The position numbers were made by a program, and so were the translations under genes. Below the pieces are notes generated by a model, which saw only the letters and a list, made by a program, of their open reading frames with translations, was not told the DNA's origin and did not search any database. DNA of 64,000 bases from Longimicrobiales bacterium (lineage in GTDB: Bacteria > Gemmatimonadota > Gemmatimonadetes > Longimicrobiales > Gaopeijiaceae): positions 1,632,001 to 1,696,000 of the forward strand of contig CBDAON010000004.1 of NCBI GenBank assembly GCA_965198065.1. Reading direction: 5' to 3'. Every line of letters begins with the position of its first letter. The first letter of the stretch is position 1. Shown in pieces: positions 47,712 to 57,185 of this stretch.

Positions 47712-50006
47712 TTGCGGCTCGTACACCTCACCGATCTGCACCTCGGGTTCAGGGGGTTCCCCGGCGTCGAGCGGGAGTCGTCGAACGTCCGCGAGTCGGA
47801 CCTCGCACGGGCGTTTCGCCTGGCGATCCGTGAGATCGTTCGCCTCGGGCCCGAGCTGATCCTCATCACCGGAGACGTCTTCGACTATCCGGATCCGCCG
47901 AGCTCAGCGGTCCTGACGCTCTTCCGCGGCCTACGTCTGCTTCGCTCGAAGCTGCCGCAGGCGCCGGTGCTGGTGATTGCGGGAGCGCGGGACACGCCTC
48001 GCAATCCGGGGATTCCCGGCCCGGTCTCCGTGCTCGATACGCTCCCGGGAATCGAGGCGGCAGCCGGGGCTCCCCGAGCCGTGCGCTTCGCCGACACGGG
48101 CCTCCACGCGCTCCTCGTGCCTCACCGGGCCGCCGTAAGGCCTCCCTTTCCCGAGCTCGGGCCCGATCCCAACGCGCGGTGGAACGTGCTCCTCGTGCGA
48201 GGGGATCCGGAGTCGGGCGGGCGCGGGATGGAGGTGGACCCCGCGGCCTGGGACTACGTGGCCGTGGGGGGCCCGCATCGGAGCCGCGCCTGGAGACCGA
48301 ACGTTCGGACCCCTGGCTCGCTCGAGCGTCCGGGTCCAGACCCCTGGTCCCGCGCCACGGAGGAGCGGGGCTTCCTCTCGTTCGACTTCGCGACGGGGGA
48401 GGCCGAGCTCCATCCGGTCGCGGGTCGCCCCGTGGTGGATCTCGCACCGATCCGCATCACGCCCGAGGACCGCGAGGCGGGCACCCGGCGCTTCCGCGAG
48501 CTGCTGGAGGGCGTTCCGGGTGGGGTAGACGGGAAGCTCGTGCGGGCGCGCTTCGAGGGGGACGTCCTCACGCCGGACGAGGGCGTGTCTCCCGGCCTTC
48601 TCGGCGCGGTGCGGCGACGCGCAACCCACCTCGAGATCCGTCTGTCCGGCGGCCGCGCCGATCCGGCGGGGCGACCCGAGGGGCCCGAGGAGCTGCCCAC
48701 GGCAATCGAGCTGCTCGATCGCGGCGGAGAGGTGCGGGCGACCCACCCCCTCGGGCGAGGGATCGTCCTCGTCACCGCGGCGACGGACGAGCTGAGGGCG
48801 CGCGTGTCGGCGGATCTGCGAGAAAGCGGTGCCACTCCCAGCGGCGAGGCGCCGCATCCACGGTGGCGGATCCGCCTGGCCGCGCCGCCGCCGGCGGGCC
48901 GCGGCCTGTCGTGGATGGGACGGGACGACTGGGGGGACTTCATAGCGGACTGGCTGGACGAGGCAAGGCGGGCCGGGGTGGTAGGCGCTGCGACCCAGGC
49001 CGCTGAACGGGTGGCCGATGGTCCCGTGGCCGGCGACAGCATCGAGACCCGGGAGGTCGCCCTCCAGAGTCTTAGGGCAGATGCCGTGGAGGCCTCGGGC
49101 GACCTCGAGGCCAAGGCGCTCGAGTGGGCCCGGGAGCGCCAGGACGCGGAGTCCCACCTGCACGCCTACCGCTCGCGCGCGCTCGAGCTGAGGAAGCGGC
49201 TCCGGACCCTGGAGGAGCAAGGTGAGGCGTCGGCGTGTCCCACGTGCGGTCGCACCCTAGGGGCGGACCTGCCGCAGCTCCTCCGGGCGCTCCGGGAGGA
49301 GTGGGACTCCGTGGTGCAAGACGGACAGTGGTGGGCGCGTCGTCGCGAGCAACTCGAGGAGAAGCCGGAGGAGCTGCGGCGGATGGAGGAGACCGCGCTC
49401 CGCCTGCACGCCGGTGTGGAGGAGGAGGCGGAAGCCCTGGAAGGCCTCCGGGAACGGGCGCGGCACCGACCCCCAGGCGACGGAGCCTCCCAGCGGCGGG
49501 ACTTGCTCGGGGACCGGTCTGCCGTGGGTCGGCTGGACCGATGGGGCCCTGCTAGGGACCTGCTCCGGAGGACCGGGAGCCTCGTCGGCCTGATCACCGA
49601 GGGAAGGACACTCGGCGTGAGAGTTGGACCCAAGGAAGAGCTCCGAGTCGTCGGGCCGACCGGGGAAGAGAGGGAGCCGGAGGGTGGAGAGAGCGCCTCG
49701 ATCCTGGGGGCGCTCCATTTGGCGCACTGGATCGCGGAACGGGAGCGACTCGGCCCGGGTCGGGGCCTCCTGCTCTGGGAGCTCCACGCGGCGGGTGCCG
49801 CGGAGCTGGCCACTCACGCCGTAGAGATTCTCGGGGCCCTGGAGACGGAAGACGATCTCGTGGTCGCGGTTGTTCCTCCAGCTGTCCTGGAGCGCGTTCC
49901 CGAGGGTTACAGCGTGGCGCTCGAGCTCACGGAGGAGGAAGCCGGCCGCTCGGGCCTCAGGCGCTACGAGTCCGGAACCCCGGCCCTCACGATTCGGCCC
50001 GCGTGA
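47712..50006 (+). CDS. Degenerate SbcD(Mre11)-SbcC(Rad50) fusion protein with zinc hook
   Basis: N-terminal TDLHLG and GDVFD phosphoesterase motifs; central coiled coil with CPTC; degenerate ABC signature EGGE and Walker B LLLWE. Confidence 0.75.
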   Translation: MRLVHLTDLHLGFRGFPGVERESSNVRESDLARAFRLAIREIVRLGPELILITGDVFDYPDPPSSAVLTLFRGLRLLRSKLPQAPVLVIAGARDTPRNPGIPGPVSVLDTLPGIEAAAGAPRAVRFADTGLHALLVPHRAAVRPPFPELGPDPNARWNVLLVRGDPESGGRGMEVDPAAWDYVAVGGPHRSRAWRPNVRTPGSLERPGPDPWSRATEERGFLSFDFATGEAELHPVAGRPVVDLAPIRITPEDREAGTRRFRELLEGVPGGVDGKLVRARFEGDVLTPDEGVSPGLLGAVRRRATHLEIRLSGGRADPAGRPEGPEELPTAIELLDRGGEVRATHPLGRGIVLVTAATDELRARVSADLRESGATPSGEAPHPRWRIRLAAPPPAGRGLSWMGRDDWGDFIADWLDEARRAGVVGAATQAAERVADGPVAGDSIETREVALQSLRADAVEASGDLEAKALEWARERQDAESHLHAYRSRALELRKRLRTLEEQGEASACPTCGRTLGADLPQLLRALREEWDSVVQDGQWWARRREQLEEKPEELRRMEETALRLHAGVEEEAEALEGLRERARHRPPGDGASQRRDLLGDRSAVGRLDRWGPARDLLRRTGSLVGLITEGRTLGVRVGPKEELRVVGPTGEEREPEGGESASILGALHLAHWIAERERLGPGRGLLLWELHAAGAAELATHAVEILGALETEDDLVVAVVPPAVLERVPEGYSVALELTEEEAGRSGLRRYESGTPALTIRPA

Positions 50007-52017
50007 GCCGAAGGACCCCGCTCTCCTCACGCTCGATCCGCCATGCCGGGGGGCACCAGGTCGTCGCGCTGTACTCGACGACCACGGCAGGACCGTCGAT
50101 CGGGGGGCCGGGGGCCAGCTCCTCGCGGTACAGAACACGGGCGTCGAGGGTTCGCCCCCGCCACGTCACGCGGGAGCTCATCGGAGATCGATCCTTCCCA
50201 GGGGCGGGCGCGCCGCCGGGATCTGAGTCGAGCGGTCGGGCCGCGAGTCCGGCCGGTAAGGACGCCCCCGGGGCTTCCGCTCGGAGCCTGAGTGTCACGG
50301 CGTCGACCGGCACGCCGCCGCGCCGGTAACCAAATCGCTCCTCGTGGGCTCGGTGGAACCGCTCCACCCACCGGTCCACGGGCACGACCAGCTCAAAGCT
50401 CTGATCCCGGTACCTGGCGTCGATCGACCGGGTGATCGTGACGGACCCGTTCTGCACACCCTCCGACGCCATCTCCTCCCGGGCAACAAACTCGAGTTCG
50501 TCGAAGACGCTTGACATGCGGTCGGGGTGCTCCGGATCGTCGGAGGAGAGGAAGACAGTTCTTGAGCGATTCCTCACGACGGGCGCAACCAGCATTCCGA
50601 AGGCCGAGAGGAGCCCCGGGTCGGGCGGGATCAATGCCCCGGCCAGCCGGAGCCTCTCAGTGAGCTCGGCGGCGTGGAGCCCGGCCGCGCCGCCGAAGGC
50701 GACTAGGTGGAGGTCCGCCGGATCGATCCCGCGCTCCACGGACATCACCCGAAGCGCCCGCTCCATGGCCGCGTTCGCGATGTTGAGAATCCCCTCCGCC
50801 GCACGGTCCGGCGAGGTTCCGGCCCTTCCGGCGAGCGCCTCGAGCGGGCCCCGGATCGCCTCCCGATCCAGGCACAGCTCACCCCCCAGCACGGCGGTCT
50901 CGGGCAGTCGGCCCAGCCACACGTGGGCATCGGTCACGGTCACGTCCCCCCCTCCCTTCCCGTACGCCACGGGCCCCGGCACCGCGCCGGCGCTCTCGGG
51001 CCCCACCCGGAGCGCGCCCCCCGGATCGACGCGCGCGATCGAGCCGCCTCCGGCCCCGACCGTGTGGATGTCGAGGAGCGGCACGGCGACGGGGACGTCG
51101 CCGACCCTCCCCTCCCGCGTGTAGCGGAGCTCCCTCGAGACGAGCGCGACGTCGGTGGAGGTTCCGCCCATGTCGAGCGAGAGCAGATCGGCCAGGCCCG
51201 AGCGACGGCCCCATTCGAGCGCACCCACGACGCCCCCCGCGGGGCCCGAGAGCACGGCCTGGACCGGCTCCTCGATCGCGCGCTCGAGGGAGATCGCGCT
51301 CCCGCTCGAGCCCATCACCCGGACCTGACTGACTTCCAGACCCGCCGCGAGGCCCCCCAGGTACCGGGAAACCGCTGGTGCGACGTAGGCGTTCGCGACC
51401 GTGGTCGAGGTCCGCTCGAACTCGCGGAACTCTGGAAGGAGGCGGCTCGAGATCGAGAGGGGAACGGAAGTCCCGGCGAGGGCTTTCGCCACGGTTTCCT
51501 CGTGCTCCGGCGCGGCGTAGCTGTGGAGGAGGACCACGGCCACCGCGCCGGCCTCGCGGACGCGCCCCGCGAGGGACTGGAGCTCGGCCGGGTCGAGCGG
51601 ATCGAGATCGGCTCCGTCCGGGCCCGTGCGGCCGCGGATCCCGAGCCGGTCGGAGCGGGCCACGAGGGGCGGCGGTCGGTGGCCCACGAGGGCGTAGAGC
51701 TGGGGCCGGTCCTGGCGGCCAATCTCGATCACGTCCTCGAACCCCGCGTTCGTGATCAGGAACACCCGTGTCCCCTTCCGCTCGAGGATCGTGTTGGTGG
51801 CCACGGTGGAGCCGTGAACGATCGCGAGCCCAGGGGAGGACCCGCTCCCGAGGATCCGAGCGATCCCTCGCAGCACGGGCCCGGCAGGATCGAGCGGGTC
51901 CGAGGGCACCTTGAGCGCGGTGAGCTCGCCATCCCGGAGGAGCACCAGATCGGTGAATGTGCCCCCCGTGTCCACGGCCAGGAGCGGCGTTGACTTTCGT
52001 GACTCACCCCGGGACAT
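49987..52017 (-). CDS. Hydantoinase A / 5-oxoprolinase ATP-binding subunit
   Basis: DTGGTFTD, HGSTVATN, SGPAGG, DMGGTSTD, GAGGGS, FGGAAGLH. Confidence 0.92.
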   Translation of the reverse strand: MSRGESRKSTPLLAVDTGGTFTDLVLLRDGELTALKVPSDPLDPAGPVLRGIARILGSGSSPGLAIVHGSTVATNTILERKGTRVFLITNAGFEDVIEIGRQDRPQLYALVGHRPPPLVARSDRLGIRGRTGPDGADLDPLDPAELQSLAGRVREAGAVAVVLLHSYAAPEHEETVAKALAGTSVPLSISSRLLPEFREFERTSTTVANAYVAPAVSRYLGGLAAGLEVSQVRVMGSSGSAISLERAIEEPVQAVLSGPAGGVVGALEWGRRSGLADLLSLDMGGTSTDVALVSRELRYTREGRVGDVPVAVPLLDIHTVGAGGGSIARVDPGGALRVGPESAGAVPGPVAYGKGGGDVTVTDAHVWLGRLPETAVLGGELCLDREAIRGPLEALAGRAGTSPDRAAEGILNIANAAMERALRVMSVERGIDPADLHLVAFGGAAGLHAAELTERLRLAGALIPPDPGLLSAFGMLVAPVVRNRSRTVFLSSDDPEHPDRMSSVFDELEFVAREEMASEGVQNGSVTITRSIDARYRDQSFELVVPVDRWVERFHRAHEERFGYRRGGVPVDAVTLRLRAEAPGASLPAGLAARPLDSDPGGAPAPGKDRSPMSSRVTWRGRTLDARVLYREELAPGPPIDGPAVVVEYSATTWCPPAWRIEREESGVLRLTRAES

Positions 52018-52070
52018 TGCCGCGCTCCGATCCACCCGTCCCATCCCGGCTCCCGATCGCTGAACGGTCC

Positions 52071-53567
52071 ATGGAACTGACCCCCTCCTTCGAGGTCTTC
52101 GCGGAGCTCGCCGAGGGAGCGAGCGTGGTGCCCGTCCGGTCCGAGTTCCTCTTCGACACCGAGACGGCCGTCACCGCGTACCAGAAGCTCCGTCGTCCCC
52201 CGTTCGGGTTTCTTCTGGAGTCGGTGGTGGGCGGCGAGAAATGGGCCCGCTACACCTTCCTCGGAACCGAGCCCAGGGGGGCCTGGCGACTCGTCGGCGG
52301 AGCCGTGTCGCTGTGGTCACCGGAACGGGGTTGGGAGCCTATCTCCACCGACGATCCGCTGGCCGACCTGGACCGGCGCCTGCGTGCCTGGGCGCCCGCC
52401 CCGGTTCCGGGGTTGCCCCGCTTCTGGGGCGGGGCCGTAGGGTACTTCGGATACGACGTCGCGCGCCAGATCGAGCGGCTTCCCGACATCGCCCGGGACG
52501 ACCTGGGCCTCCCCGACGCTCTCGTCATCTTCACCGACGTGGTCCTCGCGATCGACAACTTGCTCGGCAGGGCGATGGCGATCCGGGCCGTCCCTGTGGA
52601 GCGGGGGCTCTCGCGGGAAGCGATCGAGGCGCGCTACCAGGGCGCGGGCGCGGCCATCCGGGCCCTCACGTCTCGCCTGGAGTCCGAGGCGGCACTTCCC
52701 CCGCTGGCCCTTCGAGCCGAGCCTCCGGAGGACCCGCCGTTCAAGAGCACCATGTCGCGCGAGGAGTACGAGAACGGGGTCCGGCGCGTTCGCGACTACA
52801 TCCTAGCAGGAGATGCGTTCCAGGTGGTTCTGAGCCAACGGCTAGGTATCTCCCTCGAGGGCTCGCCCTTCGATCTCTATCGGGCGATCCGGTCCCTGAA
52901 CCCGTCTCCTTACCTGTACTTCCTCGAGCTGGACGGGGTAACCCTGGTGGGCTCCTCGCCCGAAGTCCTGACGCGGCTGGAGGAGGGGACGGTCACGGTC
53001 CGCCCGATCGCCGGCACGCGGCCCAGGGGTCGAAACGAGGACGAGGACCGGCGGCTCGCGGAGGACCTGCTCTCGGACGAGAAGGAGCTCGCCGAGCACC
53101 GCATGCTCGTGGACCTGGGGCGAAACGACGTGGGTCGGGTGGCCACGTACGGGAGCGTGCACGTGCCCGAGCTCATGGTCGTGGAGCGATACTCCCACGT
53201 GATGCACCTCTGCTCCCAGGTGGAGGGGGAGCTGCGGGGAGGCCTGGGCGCGATGGACGTGCTCCAGGCCTGCTTTCCTGCGGGGACGGTGTCGGGTGCA
53301 CCCAAGATTCGCGCGATGGAGATCATCGAGGAGCTGGAGCCCACCCGGCGGGGGCCCTACGCCGGGGCCGTCGGGTACCTGGGATACGGCGGGATGTCGA
53401 TGGACACCGCGATCGCGATCCGAACCGTGCTGGTGCTCGGCGACCGCGCCTTCATGCAGGTCGGAGCCGGGATCGTGGCGGACTCGGACCCCGGCGCGGA
53501 ATACGAGGAAACCCTGAACAAGGCGAGGGCGCTTCTTCGCGCCGGGGTCATGACGGGTCCTCCCTGA
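52071..53567 (+). CDS. trpE: Anthranilate synthase component I
   Basis: FLLES, NPSPY, GSSPE, PIAGT, EHRMLVDLGRND, PAGTVSGAPK, IAIRT, GAGIVADS. Confidence 0.92.
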   Translation: MELTPSFEVFAELAEGASVVPVRSEFLFDTETAVTAYQKLRRPPFGFLLESVVGGEKWARYTFLGTEPRGAWRLVGGAVSLWSPERGWEPISTDDPLADLDRRLRAWAPAPVPGLPRFWGGAVGYFGYDVARQIERLPDIARDDLGLPDALVIFTDVVLAIDNLLGRAMAIRAVPVERGLSREAIEARYQGAGAAIRALTSRLESEAALPPLALRAEPPEDPPFKSTMSREEYENGVRRVRDYILAGDAFQVVLSQRLGISLEGSPFDLYRAIRSLNPSPYLYFLELDGVTLVGSSPEVLTRLEEGTVTVRPIAGTRPRGRNEDEDRRLAEDLLSDEKELAEHRMLVDLGRNDVGRVATYGSVHVPELMVVERYSHVMHLCSQVEGELRGGLGAMDVLQACFPAGTVSGAPKIRAMEIIEELEPTRRGPYAGAVGYLGYGGMSMDTAIAIRTVLVLGDRAFMQVGAGIVADSDPGAEYEETLNKARALLRAGVMTGPP

Positions 53568-53649
53568 GGCCCGTGCCCCCTACTGTCCTCCACGTCGTAC
53601 GAGCGTGATCCTCGTCGCCGTTGGAACCGCACGAACAGCCCCAGAGCGC

Positions 53650-53693
53650 GATATATCTTGACCTATCGCGAGACCTATCGTACGATATATCGT
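53650..53693 (+). promoter_or_regulatory. padR promoter with two palindromic operators
   Basis: TTGACC (53658-63), 17 nt spacer, TACGAT (53681-86). GATATATC at 53650-57 and a perfect ACGATATATCGT at 53682-93. Confidence 0.8.
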
Positions 53694-53747
53694 GACCGGA
53701 CGCCGCGCTCGAGCCGCGTGACGCTGGCACGATGAATCCAGAGGCCG

Positions 53748-54380
53748 ATGCGCACGCCGGCGCAAGAGCCGAAACCCCAAGACCTGCCTATGCGCGCGCG
53801 ACGCGACGACTGGTTCAGCGACCTCTTCGGTGGGTTTGATCCCGATCGGTGGGCCCGCCGATGGCATCGCGAATGGGGACCGCGTCGTCGTCGGGGGTCG
53901 CTGTTCGAGTCGGGCGAGATCAAGTACCTGGTGCTCGAGCTCCTCCGGGAGAAGCCGCGGCACGGGTACGAGATCATCAAGGAGATCGAAGAACGCTTCC
54001 AGGGCTGGTACAGTCCCTCCCCCGGCACCGTCTACCCGACCCTCCAGCTGCTCGAGGACCAGGGCCATGTCCGAGCCGTAGAGGCGGATGGGAAGAAGGT
54101 CTGCGAGATCACGCCGGAGGGGCTCGCGTTCCTCGAGGACCACCGGGACACCATCGACGAGATCTTCGACCGGCTCCGTGACACGATGAGGGATTTCGCG
54201 GGAGGCGCGATCGCGGATCTGACTCAGGCGTTCGCAAAACTCGCCCGGCTCAGCTACAGGCAGGCGTGGCAACACGGCCCGAACGACCCCGAGACCCGAC
54301 GGATCGTGGAGGTCCTCGAGCGGGCCGCGACCGAGATCCAGGGGAACGGTGGCCACCGCAGCGCCCGACGAGGGCGGTGA
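53748..54380 (+). CDS. PadR-family transcriptional regulator (alternative start ATG 53790)
   Basis: GEIKYLVLELLREKPRHGYEIIK, YSPSPGTVYPTLQLLED. Confidence 0.93.
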   Translation: MRTPAQEPKPQDLPMRARRDDWFSDLFGGFDPDRWARRWHREWGPRRRRGSLFESGEIKYLVLELLREKPRHGYEIIKEIEERFQGWYSPSPGTVYPTLQLLEDQGHVRAVEADGKKVCEITPEGLAFLEDHRDTIDEIFDRLRDTMRDFAGGAIADLTQAFAKLARLSYRQAWQHGPNDPETRRIVEVLERAATEIQGNGGHRSARRGR

Positions 54381-54637
54381 TGTCCTGGATCGGCCTCGCG
54401 GTCCTCACGTGCTTCGTGCTCGTGGCGCTGCGCCACCGCCGGGGTTGGGACCACCCACATCGCTCGAGGCGGGTGGGCCGCGCTGGGGCCGCAGACGCGC
54501 GGATCCGGGCGTTCGAGTCCGCGCTGGCTTCGCGGGACGAGGCGATCTCGCTCCTTGAGACGCGGGTCGCCGAGCTCGAGGCGCGCGCCGACTTCATGGA
54601 GCGGCTTCTCGAGTCGCACTCGGCGGCGCGCTCGTGA
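54380..54637 (+). CDS. Small membrane-anchored coiled-coil protein (PspB-like architecture)
   Basis: TGATG coupling to padR; N-terminal TM segment, then LETRVAELEARADFMERLL. Confidence 0.75.
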   Translation: MSWIGLAVLTCFVLVALRHRRGWDHPHRSRRVGRAGAADARIRAFESALASRDEAISLLETRVAELEARADFMERLLESHSAARS

Positions 54638-54888
54638 GCACCCCCCCTTTGCAATAGCTCCGTCTTTGCACGGGCCGTGACCGTCGCTCAAGAGGCCGCG
54701 GCTCGAAGCCGTGATCGTAGACGTAGCATTTGACTCGGACGAACAGGTGGGGCCGCCGGTCGTAGCGGTCGATCAGAAGCACCACGACGGGCCTCGAAAG
54801 GAGCTGGTCGGGCGATCAGTAGGCCGACTCGTACCCCACCTCCAGGGCGACGGATGGGTGGGAACGGCCAGTGCGGATGCGGGCTCGC

Positions 54889-56259
54889 TCACAGTCGGCG
54901 GTAGAAGGCCACGAGCGTGTCGATCCCCCTCTCCAGATGATCTTCGGGGAACCACTCGTCCGGCGCATGCATGTTCGCGCCCGGCAGGGCGAAGCCCATC
55001 AGGATGGCTCGCGCCCCGAGGAGCCGCTCGAGCTCGGCGACGATCGGGATGGACCCTCCATCCCCGGTGAGCACGGGCTCCGTTTGGAACACTTCGCTGA
55101 GCGCACTGCGCGCGGCCTCGAAGAACGGGCCCGCCGGCTCGGCCCGCCACGGCCTTCCGCCGGGGAGCCCGAGCACCTCGACCTCGACGGCCGGGATCGC
55201 TACGCGGCGCACATGCTCCCGGAAGAGGGCGCTGACTTCGTCCGGGTCCTGGTCGGGCACCAGCCGGAAGCTCACCTTCGCCATCGCCTCGGCGGGGAGC
55301 ACGGTTTTCGCGCCCTCCCCCGTGTAGCCGGCGAGAAGCCCGTTCACCTCGCACGTGGGACGGCTCCAGAGGCGTTCGAACGTCGAATAGCCGGACTCCC
55401 CGCGGAGTTCCCGGGCCCCGGCCTCTTCGAGAAACGCGCCGTCGTCGAACGGTAGGCTCCTCACCGCCTGCCGTCCCGCATCGTCAAGCTCACGGACGCG
55501 GTCGTAGAACCCCTCGATCGCCACGCGCCGGCGCTCATCGTGCAGCGTGGCCAGGATAGCGGCCAGCTCCCCCGCGGCGTTCGGGACGGCTCCCCCGTAG
55601 CCTCCGGAGTGCAGGTCCCCCCGGGTCCCGCGAACCCTGAGCTCGAAGTATGCCAGCCCCCGGAGCGAGTACAAAAGGGACGGCCGTCCGGGGGCGAACA
55701 TCGTGGAGTCCGAGATGAGGACCGCATCGGCGGCCAGACGCTCCCGATACTCCTCGACGAACGGGAGGAGGTTCGGCGAAGCGATCTCCTCCTCGCCCTC
55801 CACGAGGACAACGACGTTCACCGGCAGGGACCCGCCGTCCCAAAGGATGCGCTCCAGGGCCTTCAGGTGGAGGAACACCTGGCCCTTGTCGTCCGCGGCC
55901 CCGCGCGCGTAAATGCGGCCCCCCCTTGTGGTGGGCTCGAACGGCGGGGAGGTCCAGAGCTCGAGGGGCTCCGGAGGCTGAACGTCGTAATGACCGTACA
56001 CGAGGAGGGTCGGCCGATTCGGTCCCGCTCCACGCCACTCGCCGAGGGCAACCGGATGCCCGGCCGTATCGATCAGCTCCGCGTCGAGCCCCGCTCGCCG
56101 GAGGGCATCGACGACCCACGCTCCCGCGCGCCGCGTGTCCGGCTCGAGCTCGGAGCGGGCGCTGACGGACGGGATTCGCAGGAACTCGTAGAGCTCCTCA
56201 CGGAGGTGCGACGCGCCCTCGCGGGAAATCCGGCTGTCTCCATCTCGGGTCCGTGCCAC
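54889..56259 (-). CDS. M20 family dipeptidase (start uncertain)
   Basis: LRIPSVS, YGHYDVQP, RGAADDKGQ, EGEEE, DLHSG, GGSIP, HAPDE. Confidence 0.92.
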   Translation of the reverse strand: MARTRDGDSRISREGASHLREELYEFLRIPSVSARSELEPDTRRAGAWVVDALRRAGLDAELIDTAGHPVALGEWRGAGPNRPTLLVYGHYDVQPPEPLELWTSPPFEPTTRGGRIYARGAADDKGQVFLHLKALERILWDGGSLPVNVVVLVEGEEEIASPNLLPFVEEYRERLAADAVLISDSTMFAPGRPSLLYSLRGLAYFELRVRGTRGDLHSGGYGGAVPNAAGELAAILATLHDERRRVAIEGFYDRVRELDDAGRQAVRSLPFDDGAFLEEAGARELRGESGYSTFERLWSRPTCEVNGLLAGYTGEGAKTVLPAEAMAKVSFRLVPDQDPDEVSALFREHVRRVAIPAVEVEVLGLPGGRPWRAEPAGPFFEAARSALSEVFQTEPVLTGDGGSIPIVAELERLLGARAILMGFALPGANMHAPDEWFPEDHLERGIDTLVAFYRRL

Positions 56260-56303
56260 GGCGAAGTCCTGGCGCTTCGGGCGGCCAGAGCGCCGCGCAT
56301 CGG

Positions 56304-56582
56304 TCAGATCAGGGCGCGCGTCCCCCAGCGGTAGACCCATGACAGGAGCGCGCTCAGGGCGAAGGCCCCCGCCATCCCTCCGGCGCTGAGCGATCGGGGG
56401 TCTTCGAAGTGGAAATACCCCACCCCCAGCATCCCCCCGATGAGGGCGCCGAACGCACCGAAGATCGCGAGCAGCACGACGTGCCCCGGCTGCTCGTCGG
56501 GCAGACGAACGATCAGCTTCATCGTGAGGCCCACGAAAGCGCCGAGCACGATCCAGATCCCCACGCCGATCCAGTTTTCCAT
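56304..56582 (-). CDS. Small membrane protein, GlsB/YeaQ/YmgE stress-response-like
   Basis: Three TM segments, WIVLGAFVGL…GAFGALIGG. Confidence 0.72.
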   Translation of the reverse strand: MENWIGVGIWIVLGAFVGLTMKLIVRLPDEQPGHVVLLAIFGAFGALIGGMLGVGYFHFEDPRSLSAGGMAGAFALSALLSWVYRWGTRALI

Positions 56583-56702
56583 GCTCGCGCGAAGGCCAGG
56601 GTTGCCAGGGGGTCGGGTCCCGCGAAATCTAGGCGCCCCCGGGGCGCTAGGCCACCTTGCCAAAGGGCCCCCGAGAGTGCCCGTTCGCCCGCAGAACGTT
56701 CC

Positions 56703-57110
56703 CTACCCCTGAACCGCCTTGCCCAGGCCGGCCCGCATATCGTCGAGGTCCCGCTTCCGCTCCTCGACCTCCCGCTCAAGAAGCTCGCCTTTCTCAACGA
56801 AGAGATCCCGGCGCCGCAGGTGGCGACTGCGGAACTCTGCGGCTACCCGCGCGGTCTCGCCGTCTCCGATCCCGCGGGCCATCTCGAAGCGCCGTGCGCA
56901 AACGTCTGCCTCGCGCGCCTCACGCTCGGCCTCGAGAGCCACCGCCCTCCGTTCGGCCTCGAGGGCTGCCACGCGGGCGGCGACGCCCGCGATCTCTCGT
57001 GCCAAGGCTCGGAGTCCCGGATCCGTCGGCTCCGCGGGCTCGCCACACTGGAGCTCGGTCCGGAAGTTCACGACGGCTTGCCGAAAGGCTCGAACGAGCG
57101 ACCCGAACAT
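56703..57110 (-). CDS. Short PspA/IM30-like coiled-coil protein
   Basis: Amphipathic N-terminus MFGSLVRAF; helical hairpin RRFEMARGIGDGETARVA resembles the PspA 'A..A...GdedLAr.A' turn. Confidence 0.55.
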   Translation of the reverse strand: MFGSLVRAFRQAVVNFRTELQCGEPAEPTDPGLRALAREIAGVAARVAALEAERRAVALEAEREAREADVCARRFEMARGIGDGETARVAAEFRSRHLRRRDLFVEKGELLEREVEERKRDLDDMRAGLGKAVQG

Positions 57111-57185
57111 CAGAAGTGGCTGGGCTCCCCCGGCATGGCCCCCTCGCGAGAGGTCCGGCGGAGCACGGAGAAGCCTCCTGGTTCC

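Noticed and set aside
53725..53741. Sigma54 promoter CTGGCACGATGAATCC
   Set aside because: The -24 box is good but there is no -12 GC, and a clear sigma70 promoter lies just upstream.
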